Source of the DNA: Tubulanus polymorphus | Lineage: Eukaryota; Animalia; Nemertea | Length of the DNA stretch: 64,000 nt | Assembly (NCBI RefSeq): GCF_964204645.1 | Contig: NC_134031.1 | Span: 13,689,807-13,753,806, forward strand | Direction: 5' to 3' | Shown: positions 13,156-26,382 of the stretch, piece by piece | How the letters are laid out: each line of letters opens with the position of its first letter | How positions within the stretch are numbered: the stretch's first letter is position 1 | The notes under the pieces: generated by a model | The model's database searches: none | What the model was told of the DNA's origin: nothing | What the model saw: only the letters and a program-made list of their open reading frames with translations | Position numbers and translations under genes: made by a program

Positions 13156-14637
13156 TAGGGTTTCTGCTGCTTTCGCAGAAACCCTCTTGTAATTCTGTTG
13201 ATTATTATTAGGGTTTTCTGTTATTTCACAGAAAACCCTATTGATATCCGCATGATTATTATTATTATTATTTTCTTCCACACTATTTTTACCAAAAGAA
13301 CATAGGCTTTGTTACCTTACCGCTGTTTCATATACAATCCATATAATATCGTTCAGCTTACTGAGATCTACAAATAGCCCGCGTCATTTTCACGAATCAT
13401 CGTTACAAAAGCGCTGTCGGGCCGTAAACATCGAAAATTTAGCCCCATTCAATGGGGCGACATGTTTTTCGAGTCGTCATCCCGAAATCAACCCGCAGGC
13501 CGACTGTCACTTCGATTATCAATTCAAGTATAAATGAACTAATTCATTGCCGCAGACTTCACATTCAGTCGCGGTCTTCAAACAGTGATTTTAACAATAG
13601 CCCATTTTCCTCATCAGATCATATTACCAATACACTGGAAATTTACTACTTTAGATTTTAAAAGCACTGTCGAGCGGTAAACATCGACGAATCGACGTGT
13701 GTTACTACATCGTCGTTCCGGGGATCAGCTGCGAGTTTCTCCTCATCATGAGAATCAAATCGAGTACAAATTAATTTATTACTACCAGTGATTTGGCTGC
13801 GGGTTTCAAGGAGTTAGTTTAACAATACCTATTTTTCTTTACCGAATTAACCATGTATTTACTAAGATAGATCTTTAGTGTACTGGGGAATCGTAGGCCT
13901 AAACTAAACACGCCGAAGAGATATAGCGGAGAAAAGCTGTTATGTCGACGAGGTATCAAAATAAAAGAATATATTACTTTATTCGGCCGCGGGCTTCAAA
14001 CTCTATATCAATACCATCAATACTCCATATTTCCTGCAGTGCATACCGATCATTGTCAAATGCACAAGGTTTTTACTAAAAACAAGTATATAACACACTC
14101 CTTTCCGTAGGCTGGACTCACACTTGACATTCGGAGTAAGCGTTCGCTGTGGGTGAAAGGAGATCGTTCGCTGTGTCGCTTGAAGTGTTTATCGAGTTTT
14201 ACGCGGCTTTAGGCCTACCGGTACTGAGCTTTACTAAACAAACAAAGTATAATTGTTGCGTTTATTAACGGACTCATTGGATTGAACTTCAAAACAAAAT
14301 TTACGATATTTAGGTGGGTTGTTATTCAATAGGCCTACGACCAATCTGTCCAGATTTTAGGCCTACGCATATACATAGGCCTACATAGGCTAGTAGCCTC
14401 TACTAGGTTAAAGCTAAGTTCACTGTAAAGGAGGAATCAAGATTTATTAAAATGCATGTTAATTAGTGATTAACTGGTTGTGACTTGCAACGATCAATCA
14501 CAATTATCAATTTTATCGCAAAAAATGAAGATTTTTTTGAAAATTTCGTCTGAGCAGACAGCTTTATAAGCCAGACTTTTCATTTGAGTTTTTTCATCAT
14601 AAATGAAACTGGTATTTCATTAATTTCTTATGATTTA

Positions 14638-14965
14638 AGCAGGGCGTAGGTCGACCTTGCGACGGCTTGTGATTCACTGCGACCCCTATCACTGCGACCG
14701 CCAGCGACGATTGTGTTGCAACGACTCATCGACCTACGCTCCCTTGCGACGGGTTGCGACTTTCAGCAACGCCAGTCACAAGGAGTCGCACGTGTTCTAC
14801 TTTCTGCGACGCGACACGACTGTCACAACCAACCGACGCGCTCTTGCGACTGGCAGAAACTAGTCGCACACAGTCGCTGACAATCGTATCGCAACCGACT
14901 TGCGCCGAAACTTGCGATGCAACGCGAGGATCGCATCGCGTCACAAGGCTGACCTACGTCCGGCT
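14638..14965. mobile_element. Harbinger-type MITE, 328 bp, TTA TSD, rich in GCGAC/GTCGC motifs
   Basis: Imperfect ~26-bp TIR (AGCAGGGCGTAGGTC..CCTTGCGACG / CGTCACAAGG..GACCTACGTCCGGCT), with TTA on both sides. Confidence 0.8.
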
Positions 14966-14994
14966 TTAAGTTACTGCGGAGCCCCAGAAATATC

Positions 14995-15480
14995 TTTTTT
15001 TTCGTTCAAAAGACCTTTCGCTTGAAAATTCTTTTGTCGGAACAAAATTTATTTCGTTCCAACCAATAATATTCTGTTCGATTGAACCAATTCGAAAAAA
15101 ACGTTAGAACAAAGTTGAACAAACTTTTTTTTGTCCAAACGAAAGGTTTTTTGTCCGAACAATTGTTCGATTGAACAGAATCGTTTGAATTTGATCAGAA
15201 TTTTCTTTTCAGAACATTAAGTTTTTCGTTCGAACAAGTTTATTGTAAAAAGTTTTTTCTCCGAACCAAAAGTATTAAGTATTTCGTTCAACCGAACAGA
15301 ATTGTTTGCATTCAAACATTCGTTCGAAAAAATTGTTTTCGCTCAACCAAATATTTTTGCCGGGACAAAAAGTTTTTCATTTCAACAATAACAAAGCTTT
15401 CAGAATGAAGAAAAGTTTTGGTTCAAACAAAAAGCGTACAAGATTTTCTTGTCGGATCATTAAGTTTTTTGGTCGAACAG
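14995..15480. repeat. Degenerate low-complexity array of TTCG/TCGAAC/GAACAA motifs
   Basis: Recurrent ttcgttc(g/a)a and cgaacaa words. Confidence 0.55.
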
Positions 15481-18126
15481 CGTGTTAAGGTCGTTTTGGA
15501 AATTTACTCGGTCTGGTATATTTTGGATTACTGTGTATGTCATTTGTCAGGACATTAGAAGACGACTTAGGATACTACCTTGCGTGACTCCACTAGTTAG
15601 ACCGACTTAATCCAAGATGAAGCGTTCCGTTGATTTCGGCTACAAGTTTTCGTTCAGAGATAATGCTGAGCCATTTCGGCAACCTATCATTGATACTGTT
15701 TCCTAATAGCCTTGTTTAGTAATGGCTGATGTTGTACCTTATCAAATGCTTTGTCAAAATCATAAAGAGTAATTATCGCCTTATCGATTTTCCAGAGTCA
15801 AATAGGACATCAAGTCCAGTTGTCCATGGTTTCAAGAAGGTCTCATTGACTGTTTGTCGAGCTTCCTCTTATAAAACTGTGTTAACCATTGAACATAATT
15901 CAAAGACTGTGTAGAAAACCCGTTATCGCTGCTTTGCAGCTATATTTATTATAAATTTTCCACTTTCCAGCCAAAATTTTTTCATAAAATGTAACTCCTC
16001 TCAGATTCAACCACTAACAGCTTATTAACGTAATTTCATTTCTGTCAGAAATATAACTCAGGGCCTGGCCATTTCAAATTTGCTTATAGTAATTTATTAT
16101 GAATTAATCCCGTGTAATTACCGGGTCTAAACAGCGACAAGAATAATGCAAAGCATTTTCATCCATTGATAAAAGTACATTCGAAAAGCCTACAAATTAC
16201 CGGATGACCTCGAGCGTCAAACTCAACCGTAAATCGCGAATTCAGACTTACAATTACCGGTAGTCCGGATCCGTCATTTTCTGCGGACAATATGCAGCCA
16301 AAATGGATGGATGGTTGAAATCATTTTCAGCTTAAATCTATCGCAAATTTATGGCGAGTTTTAGGACTTTAATGAACTATGATCCCTAAAATGAGTCAAT
16401 TGATTAATTTCATTAGTAAATCGATTTACGTTGGCTACATTTCCTGAAGATTTCTGGCTCAAATCAACGTAATATGGACAGGAATGGTAGGGATTTTCCA
16501 ATGGAATTTTTCTTCCGTGTTCACTTGATGACAGCAGAGTTTATGCAATTTAAAGTGAGAATCCACTAACCAGGGAATGTTAGACATGATTTCTTGGTCT
16601 AACTGCAGCTAAGGTTACCTTTCCACTGGGTGGTGCTATGATATGAGTACATATGATAGCAAATGAGTACTCGGCAAAGCAATGATCATTGTTGGCTACC
16701 TACTAGCCTAATGCCTAGCTTTTTGGGGGATACACCTAGAATAGATTTAGGCCCTTAATGTAGTGTGTAGAGCCTTAGTAGTTAGTAAGGGACTGGTTTA
16801 CACTTATATATACGACTATTTATTTCGATTACTTTCGTTCCAGCTATTAATCGTGGAATGAACTGGTCACTACGGTCTTCAATTCCTTTGCCGATTCTTG
16901 CAGCTGGTGGGAATATATTTTAAACAACAGTGTGCAAGTGCACGTTTCAAATCAAGCGTCTCAGATGCTGTAAGTACTTGATGTTTTGTTTAATTGTTTT
17001 TTTCTAATGTCATGTTTAAGATATTTGGATCAGTAATCAGTCGTGCTAGTGTACATTCAGAATTGGATTCATTGTTATTATGGGATGATAATTCACAAGC
17101 ATCAAGAGTCCTACGATATACCCTTGATATGAAGCTTTTAAAAGTTTATCAGAGACTTGTTTTGGAGTAAACCGAATAGCCCTTAAAATACCAATTCTAC
17201 ATGGCTTAACGGTCGATGTCTATGCTCTGCGAGACAGTAGTAATAGATGTTTCACGACAAACACACGATTTAAATATTTATTATACTTTCTTTCACTCCT
17301 CTATTATATTATTACATAATTGAGTAATTCTTACAATAGATTGCTTAATTACAGGTGGAGAGAGGTCAGATGGCATGAAAATCGACTGTGGCTGACTTAT
17401 TGAAGGGCGCAGATAAAGTGTTGAGGTTTCAAAAGATGTCGCCAAAATGCTTGTATCATCAGGGGTAGACAAATTATCCGAAGATAAATGAAAACTCCAC
17501 CTTGTTGATCGTCAGTTGATTTAGCTGTAATTATTTCGTCTGGATCAATCGACACATAATTCATTTCAAAATCTGTGTTCAGTAGATTTTCTTTTAATAA
17601 AATAAGAATCTATTTGACTAATATTTTACTAATGTACTAGTATTCAGGAGTGAAATTTAATTGATCTCAAAACCAGAGAAAGCATTCTTCAAAAATTTAG
17701 AAAATCCTAGACTCATAATCAAATTCTGTGAAGTCATTTAAGGTCTTTTGCTCGAATCAAGCCAAGGGCTCAGGTGGCTAAAATTCAATTCCTCAATGTC
17801 CTATAATGCCGAGTACGATGGAGTTTACACACTGAAAAACGTTGCGCTGTGTAAGTGTAATTTGGATAAGTCAGCAATATAATGACGGCCCTGCCCCATG
17901 CGCTCCATCTGAGACATAAACAAGTTGGACTGTATTGCTTCGATGCTTTGACAAATGGACTCCTATTATCCACATATCCAGCATAATGTTGACCCAGGTT
18001 GCAAATCGATTTAAAGTAAACTAAATTAGCCAAGATATCAAACTGATTTAAGAGATAAACCTTTTTGTGAAACTGGGCCCAATGTAAGTTAACTGGAAAC
18101 ACTAGTTTCACAAAAATCGTCATAGT

Positions 18127-18378
18127 ATTATAGAACGATGACCACACTCAAACGTGGTGAACGGATAATAAGATAAAATCCCACTATTTACAGATTAAAA
18201 GAATTTAAAAACAAGAATTTATTTATTAAATCTAAAATATTTAAAAGACACGACGTTTCGATCTGACGATGATCTCTAGGGTGAGATCGAAACGTCGTGT
18301 CTTTTAAATATTTTAGATTTAATAAATAAATTCTTGTTTTTAAATTCTTTTAATCTGTAAATAGTGGGATTTTATCTT
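18127..18378. mobile_element. Miniature Penelope-like remnant: two inverted pLTR arms (18170-18264 / 18284-18378) around a hammerhead core
   Basis: ~95-bp arms with no mismatch seen by eye. CTGACGA-stem-GAAAC at 18263-18293. Candidate TSD GTCATAGT at 18119 and 18379, with a ~43-nt tail on one arm. Confidence 0.7.
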
Positions 18379-20203
18379 GTCATAGTTTATACCATGTACA
18401 TTAAAAACAATTTTCCTTGGCTCAGATTGTTGCGTTGAGTTCATGTGATCAATGTCGGCCATCTTGGATTTGAAATCACCATGGAAAATTTCTGGAATTG
18501 AGGCCTGGAAAAATAGTAATCCTCAAAATAGAACCAATTTTCAGATGGAAATAAATAACCACACTTGTTTTCATTGTTATGATAGTAAAAAAAATTTATT
18601 TGAACAAAATATTTCATAGAAATATGGTATGGAAACTCCACCGTGACAATATCATATTAGTGGGGTAAAGTTTAATCTGAGTGGCCCCTGGGCACCTCGA
18701 ACTGCACAGATGATGATGAAGAAATCTGCCATTCATGTTTTCTTCTTCAGCAGAATCAGTCTATGAAAAGATTGAGAAACAAAATATTTGCATTATTTAC
18801 TTCAAATAAAATCCTAAATGGTAATCATATATATATGTATCTAGGTCACTAGGTCTATGGTACCCCCTAGACCTACTAAATCAAAAGCTAAAAGAATTAG
18901 AATTATACCATATCAAGTAATCAACAATACCTTCTTCATAAACAGATTATTCCTCTCCTTAATCCATCCATTATCGCCGTTGGAATTCAATTGACTATCA
19001 TCTTTTCACTTCACTGACTGTTGGTCTCCACTTCGGGGCCATTTTGCTTTTTGTTTTACCATAAAAATTTGTTAAAAGTTCATCTAAAGCTTTTAAATAA
19101 ATTCTCTCACAGAATCTACCGGAGCACCACCTGGTAGATGTTTACTACCACCAGGAACCGTTCAAATGCAATAGGGTTCAAGTCCCGACATAAAAATCTA
19201 ACGTAGAATAACAGTTGGGACGCACGAAATTCGAACGATTATTATTGGATCTATAAACATATTTTCAGCCCTTACACTGGTTTTAAGCTAAAAATGGAAA
19301 TGAGTGAACCAAATAAAAATATTTCATGTTTGAAATTGTCGTGAACGTCGAATCAGATATTTTTATGGAAAATGTTCACAATCCGTGGATGAAAAGCCTT
19401 TTACGACTAGACAACGTTTCCTACATGTTATGTGCGGCCGGGATTTGCTGTGCTCCTTATTTCGCCTTGGTAATTGGCTGATACTTCCGATGTAAAATAT
19501 CAGCAATCATCAATAATTTTTGCTTATTGTGTAGAAAGGATGTTTATCTATCACTTTTTGTCGACACAAGTATGATAAACTGAATAAAAATAGTCATTGA
19601 GTAAGATTTTACACAATTGTCTGTATCGCGGCCTAGTGTCACTGGTGGTCGGATTGTTAAGTCGCGCGCATGCACAACAATGCACTACTGTCAAAGTTCG
19701 GCAAGGCCAAGCCTGATTTTCTGCTATTCTTTACTAAAATTCATTTAGCAAATAATAATATTTATAATTGGTATATTTGAATCAATTTACAATAGGAGCC
19801 TATAGACCAGACTGACAGGCCTTGACAATCATGTTTGATTCTACATGTTGTGAAAAAATTAATTTCACCTGAAATCATATCAATATTTCTCAATATTTCA
19901 CAATTTTTGTTGCTGTTACCATGGAAACCAAAAAATAATAATCTATAATAATAATGATTAACTATCAATTTGACTCACGAGTAATTTGCCTGGCATTTCA
20001 TTGTCTCTTAAGATATCCGTCTAATTTTTGTTGTAATCAACGCACAACAGATTTGTAGTTTAAATTAAGAACAGTTTAACACTCATACACTGGATAAACT
20101 TTGATACTCACAAGAGCAAGCTTTCACCTACATTCTGTAGGCATCGTCAGGCTTAATGTGACGTCATCAGATGTTGTTGATGTGACGTCACAGCCGGATC
20201 TCG

Positions 20204-21480
20204 TCATATGGTCTGTGAAGGCTCCCGCGCGCCATCTGCTGCCTTAAGGATGTTATTCCATACAGGGGGTAGAGCAAATCTCCCAAAGTCTTTATTCAGC
20301 GTAGGGTGTCTCAGGTATATGTAAAATGACTCCTGAACACCTCGTTCGAACCACCGGGGTTCCACCGTCAAAATGTCTGTGTTGCCTTTATCAACAGAGT
20401 GATCAGGATTGTCAGTATGGATGTGTTGGGATACCTCTGACGTCATAGAGCTAGGTCGACGGTGTTCACCAAACCGGGCTCTCAAGGAGCGCTCAGTTTC
20501 ACCAACGTAACTCGCATCGCAAGATTCACATTTAACATGGTACACCGGTCCTGTAATGCGTTCTTTAGGTACCGGGTCCTTCGGTCTAACTAATAACTGG
20601 CGTAACGTGTTCACCGGTTTAAAATACACACTAATGTTGTAGTCTTTCATCACCCGTCTGATTTGTTCAGACATGCCCTTCACATATGGTACTACGACCG
20701 ATCTCTTACGCGGAGCCTGGGTGTCTCGCTTATTTCTGACTACAGGTTTGGGCTTCGGAAGCATGGTGACTTTGTTGAAGACCCAATTAGGGTAATCATT
20801 CCATGAGAGAACCTCCTTAATATGTTGTTTCTCCGACTGTCTGTCACTATCATCACTAACTATGGTGTCCGCCCTGTGTAGAAGGGTTTTAACTACACCC
20901 CTTTTGTGTTCTAACGGGTGGTTGCTGTTGAAATTTAGATATTGGTCTGTGTGTGTGGTTTTTCGGAATACTTTAGTACAAATCGACCCATCCTCATTGA
21001 TGACCGCATATGTGTCGAGAAACGCTAGAGCCCTCTCTACACTGCAAATCTCTAGATCGGCTTGTGACGAAGCCTGTAACTCGACCTCACCCTCGGTAGT
21101 CCATTTAATATCATCATCAATGCTGTTTAAATGGTCAGTGAAATACTGAGAAAAACACTTCTTAAGTACTGTGCAAGTATCATCTACATACCTCTTCCAT
21201 ATACGTGGCGGATGGAGGGCAGTGGCGATGGCTTTCTGTTCAGTCTTCCATATATAGATTACACACGATTGGTAAAACTGGGGAGCCCATGGCTGCTCCG
21301 TGGATTTGAAGGTAGTACTGACCTTGGAACATGAAGTATGTACATTTTAAACAGAGGCTCAGTAGTTTAATAATGTCATCTATACCGATGTGTGAACGTT
21401 CAAAAAGAGTATCATCTGCCTCTAATCTTTGGCGAATTATCACTAGAGCTTTGTCTATAGGGACACTAGTAAAGAGGGCC
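20204..21480 (-). pseudogene. Penelope RT plus GIY-YIG endonuclease, disrupted
   Basis: GAAMGSP..V.NLYME and YVDD RT motifs; GPVYHVKC..C...YVGET.R GIY-YIG motif. An in-frame stop follows YMED and the frames are broken. Confidence 0.9.
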
Positions 21481-21571
21481 GAACAGCAGATGGCGCGCGG
21501 GAGCCTTCACAGACCAGCTGACGAGATCCGGCTGTGACGTCACATCAACAACATCTGATGACGTCACATTA

Positions 21572-21612
21572 AGCCTGACGATGCCTACAGAATGTAGGTG
21601 AAAGCTTGCTCT
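21572..21612 (+). ncRNA. Minimal hammerhead ribozyme in the pLTR (inverse copy at ~20114-20153, minus strand)
   Basis: CTGACGA-T-GCCTACA-GAA-TGTAGGT-GAAA-GCTT: conserved core, stem II and a palindromic stem III (AAGCTT). Confidence 0.7.
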
Positions 21613-22322
21613 TGTGAGTATCAAAGTTTATCCAGTGTATGAGTGTTAAACTGTTCCTAATTTGGATATTCCTGGATAGTAAAGAATGTTTAATGGTATC
21701 AGATTTGTAGTTTGTTTGATACCTATAACACCTCACCTGACGATCTTAATCCATGTGCAAATCGGCCGTAAAGTGAGAGTAAATTTCCGTCGATTCAACG
21801 GCGGCCATTTTGAAAATGTGTAGAGGGTGCACCTGTGGCACCTGTGGAATGAGGCCAGGACCACAACACTAACTAATGAAACGAAATGACGAAATTGAAA
21901 AAAAATTAAGAAATCAACACTTATTTACATTTTTCTTCAACCAGAATGTATTTCTTCATTAGTTATAATGGAAAACACGTAGATTTGAAATATAAGTAGG
22001 AAAACCATCAAAAATAAAATTGTCGTTTCGTTTTGAAAGTTTTATATAAATCCTTGTAGGTCACCTAGTGTATCATGCCACATGTATCCAATACAGAGAA
22101 ATGGCGGCCAATAGTGAAATTGGTGGAGAAATTAATTAATTTCTCAAAATAATGTTGATTAATCGCTCGAAACATACATAGAATTGGATTATTTCAAAAG
22201 GTACGTGTGTTAGTTTGTGATTTTAGTCATTAATTGTGGACTGAAGTGAATAGAAAATACATTTTTGAAGTGTTACTTTTTTCAAGCGTGTTTTGGCCCT
22301 TGTCATCCCTAATGTTGGTATA

Positions 22323-23120
22323 AGTGCCTTTGAGATTGTTAAATCGTTCGATTAATCCGAAAAAATCGGCAAAATCCGTTTGTACCGCACCAGCCTGGAA
22401 GTAAATATGACCATGATCTTTTAAAAAAAACGGCGCTTTCGACCAGAAATTCTGAACCAATTTTACAAATGAGGACTTTTTGGGAAGCTTAGACTCGGAT
22501 CTTACCTCTGCATATCGTTATTTCTGATTAAAATGAAAATCCTGTCTGTAGCGAACGCAAAATTTGACCGAGATCAAAAACGGGTTTCAAAATCGCGACA
22601 CGGCGGCCATTAATCATAGCTCCGCGCTTAATACGAAAATCGAGAATTCAAATAGGGCCTAAAAAACTTTTGACGCGGAATTACATCGGAAATTAGACAA
22701 AATATCTTACATTTATGTAATTAATCTAAGAATATTTGTTGCGCGTTGTAGTTATTCTTAAAATGCGCAAAAATGTGATTAGAAAACATCGCGTTATATC
22801 ATTGAGTGTGGTACTCATCAGCTGGCGCCACCATGCCGCGACTGCGGTAATGAGGAGCCGTTTTTCAATCTCGGCCCTGTTTTATATTCCCTATGAACAG
22901 GATTATCAATAAAAACGTAAATAACGATATTCAGAAGTAAGTTCAGGGTCCAATCTTTCCAAAAAGTCCTCGTTTGTAAAAATCGGTTCAGAATTTCTGG
23001 TCGAAAGCGCCATTTGTTTTAAAAAATCATGGTCATATTTACTTCCAGGCTGGTGCGGTACAGACGGATTTGGCCGATTTTTTCGGATTAATCGAACGAT
23101 TTAACAATCTCAAAGGCACT
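22323..23120. mobile_element. MITE with ~200-bp TIRs (AGTGCCTTTGAGATTG... / ...CAATCTCAAAGGCACT)
   Basis: 22323-~22523 is the reverse complement of ~22919-23120. TSD ambiguous (TAA/TCA). Confidence 0.8.
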
Positions 23121-25883
23121 CAAATCTTTCTCAAACCACACAGTCTAATGCAGAAATTCGTTATCGTTAAGAATAATCTATACTTGAAGCGGATTGGATT
23201 ATCAATAACGAAGTTACGAACTGTTGAAGTGACATACCTATTGACCGATCTGACGGAGAGTTGGCTCCCTTGTCTTTTTATATATAGTACCTAGGATACT
23301 GGGGTCAAAATTTTTTTTTGTCAGGTCCCTGTGGTGGGTTGGTGGAGCAGAGCAGGCCAAAGTTAGGTATGTTCATGTCCGCACGGGGCGCCACTATTGA
23401 TTGTGACGACCATTATTGATTAGGAAAAGTGTGATGCGCGTTTTTACTAGGCCTACTCGTTTTGACATCGCGTAGTAAAATCATTCATAAAACCTGTCTA
23501 TAAATGCAAATGAGCTAAAATCTATTGGAATCAACCAATAAGATCGATCTTTATCACTTGGGGGTTGGTTTAGTGTATAAATCCGCATTTTAGTCGAAGA
23601 AATCGAAATATACCCATTTTCAAGAGCAAAATTCGTCAGCTTAGGACCTGGAATAAGCGACGAATCATCAGGAATCAGGTTTAGGATCTTAAAATTCAAA
23701 TACTGAAGACCGCATGATTTTATTTCGTGTCGGGGCTGAGCGATCGCTGCCGGAAAAGTCGATGTCTAAGTTTTGCATTGAAGCGAGCGATACAAAATGG
23801 CCGCCGGCACTTGTTATTGAATGACAACGCGCCGCGCTGCTCGTGATGAGATCAATATTCAACAATTATTCATCGGTCTAGCGGTGAATTATTGTATTTA
23901 TTTTCCGATTCATAATTATTCATCACTATATTTCTGAATATTAGGACAGATTTAGCGAAATGATCGGCAAAAAAAATTTTTTGCGCGCGGATCGCCACTA
24001 AGCTCCCGTCAGTAAAGCGGCTGTTGAAAGAGGGAGGCGTCTAATGGGATGAATTGAGGCTTGTGACGGGCAAAAATAGAGGCGCGTGATGGGACAATGA
24101 GGCTCCCGAAGGGATTTTCCAAAAGCAGAAAATTGAAATATATATAAAATATTGTTGAAATTTAGCTCAAAACAAAACAAATGGATTATCATTTAGTTAT
24201 TATTAGTAGTATTATTACTATTGCTTGGTTTATGTTTCTAAACTGATTGATTTTATTATGATATCATGAATATATTTCAAATTTCAGCGTTTTGAGCTAG
24301 GCCAAGCCTAATTTTCTGCTTTTCTTAACTAAAATTCATTTAGCAAATAATATATAAAATTGGTATATTTAAATCAATTTGCAATAGGAGCCATGGAAAC
24401 CATAGGCATTTGGAATCAGATAAAAATTTTGGGTCTGTCAACTGTCACCTGAAAGTGCTATGAGTGTGTTGCTCTTTAAATTTCTAGTCTATCTCTTTTA
24501 GTTTAAGAGATTTTGAAGTTTGTTTACATGAAATATTGCCTTCTTAGATCACAGTTTTTTTCTATTTATTAGACTATTGAAACATGAAGGCACTTTTCGC
24601 TCAAATTTTCAAACTTCAATTTGCGATATCTATAAAACTACTGAAGATAATTCAAAAATTTAAAAAGCATATTGTTATTTGAGCCCTCCCTATTCCAACA
24701 AGCCTTTTCAGTAAGATTGGAGCTATTTGAATTTTTTATGGATATAGCTACCAAAGTTACCTCTAGTTAGTTACCTAATCGTTGGTGGTAAGCTTTTTAT
24801 AATCGGATGGGCTTATACCAACGTTAGGGATGACAAGGACCAAAACACGGTTGAAAAAAGTAACACTTCAAAAGTATACTTTCTATTCACTTCAGTCCAC
24901 AATTAATGGCTTAATTCACAAACTAACACAGGTACCTTTCGAAATAATCCAATTTTATGTATGTTTCGAGTGGTTAATCAACATTATTTTGAGAAATTAA
25001 TTAATTTCTCCACCAATTTCGCCATTGGCCGCCATTTCTCTGTATTGCACATGTGGCATGATAAGACAAGGGGACCTACAAGGATTTATATAAAACTTCC
25101 GAGACGAAACGACAATTTTTATTTTTGATGGTTTTCCAACTTATATTTCAAATCTTCGTGTTTTCCATAATAAATAATGAAATAATAAATTCTGGTAAAA
25201 GAAAAATGTGAATAAGTGTTGATTTCTTAATTTTTTTCAATTTCGTCGTTTCGCTTCGTTAGATTGTGCTGTTGTCCTCGCCTCAGTCCACAGGTGCCAG
25301 CACCTCCAGTAATTTTCAAAATGGCAGCTGTTGACCCGACGGAAATTTACTCTCACTTTACGGCCGATTTGCACATGAATTAAGATCGTCAGGTGAGGTG
25401 TTATAGGTATCAGACAAACTACGAATCTGTTGTGCGTCGATTACAACAAAAAATAGACGGATATCTTAAGAGACAATGAAATGCCAGGCAAATTACTCGT
25501 CAGTCAAATTGGCTGACGAAGATTTCATACAAAAATGACCTTCCCATTCCTGACTGTGGTTTGTGAAAATATCCGATTGTGAAACTAAACCACAGACAGG
25601 TTACTGACTAAGTTACTCCAGCTCCAATTCACATACCTTTGTCAGCTGATTCACAACTAGGAGATGAACCCATATAGGCTTAGGCCTTTCGCAATTTCTT
25701 CTTATTCGCACAACCTCTATTCGTTCACCTCGTCAGAAAAAAATCAAATTAAAGAACTCCATTTTATGCCCATTTTATGACAGGAAATGTCAGATCCGGG
25801 GAATTCCTGGTTTCCAGTGACGTCATTTTCACGGCCTTCGCAACGGACACGACTTGAATTAATACAAGTCAATATAGTTTATT

Positions 25884-26213
25884 CACAGGGTTTGGCGATG
25901 GGCTTGGATTTTATTTCCGGGTTGTTGATAATCTCGCGAGAATGGCGCTAAATATGAACTGCGAATAAATTCAAAATATCACGGAAATACCTTGTGTTTA
26001 TATTGTTTATTTATCCGCTATAAAGTTTCGATAAACAATTGGTCGGTAAGAATCATTATCAGACGGTCGTCACGCTTTACTATATAAAATCACTTTGACC
26101 GTCTGATAATGATTCTTAACGACCAATTGTTTATCGAAACTTTATAGCGGATATTCTCGCGAGATTATCAACAACCCGGAAATAAAATCCAAGCCCATCG
26201 CCAAACCCCTGTG
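25884..26213. mobile_element. Palindromic MITE, 330 bp, 8-bp TSD AGTTTATT (P- or hAT-type); partial second copy at 42698-42898
   Basis: TIR CACAGGG(G)TTTGGCGATGGGCTTGG..., a second internal inverted repeat, and an exact 8-bp duplication at 25876 and 26214. Confidence 0.88.
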
Positions 26214-26382
26214 AGTTTATTCTGTCGGTGTTTCCGGCGACGTCGGGGTAGCATTCGAGGAACCGCATCAAACAAGGAACCGCTAGAGGGTGTCATTTTC
26301 AACCTTCACGGCACCTAGAGCGGCGCTGGCATCAGACCACAATTAGGTTAATGTCTATTCATTAATGGATGAGACCTGTTTT

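Larger units (their letters stand above)
13206..15947 (+). mobile_element. Helentron-associated non-autonomous element (HINE-like), nested in the 5' end of a related element at 13152-13205
   Basis: 5' hairpin AGGGTTTTCTG..CAGAAAACCCT followed by (TTA)n. 3' sub-terminal repeat AGAAAACCC (15913), stem-loop GCTGC-TTT-GCAGC, then TATATTT. Confidence 0.6.
20062..21699 (-). mobile_element. Penelope-like retroelement, 5'-truncated, with inverted pLTRs and a 14-bp TSD
   Basis: pLTR 20062-20241 is inverted relative to 21484-21663, plus a 36-nt tail. TSD CAGATTTGTAGTTT at 20048 and 21700. RT and GIY-YIG remnants lie inside. Confidence 0.93.
19967..25510. repeat. Large inverted repeat: left arm 19967-22325 (interrupted by the Penelope element), right arm 24812-25510, ~700 bp each
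   Basis: The right arm is the reverse complement of the left and shows the uninterrupted Penelope target site. Confidence 0.8.

Noticed and set aside
17785-19035. Possible spliced gene on the minus strand (120-aa ORF, exon-like pieces at 18700-18760 and 18930-19032)
   Set aside because: The ORF start lies inside the Penelope remnant, there is an early stop, and no family is recognisable; possibly decayed coding DNA.
26278-26330. CTCF-like motifs (CCGCTAGAGGGTGTC)
   Set aside because: Short, imperfect matches that cannot be supported without binding data.
26371-26382. Alternative LTR ends TGTTTT...AAGACA (38913) with TSD GACC/GATC
   Set aside because: The TSD is mismatched in a very young element and these ends differ from the inner LTR ends; probably chance.
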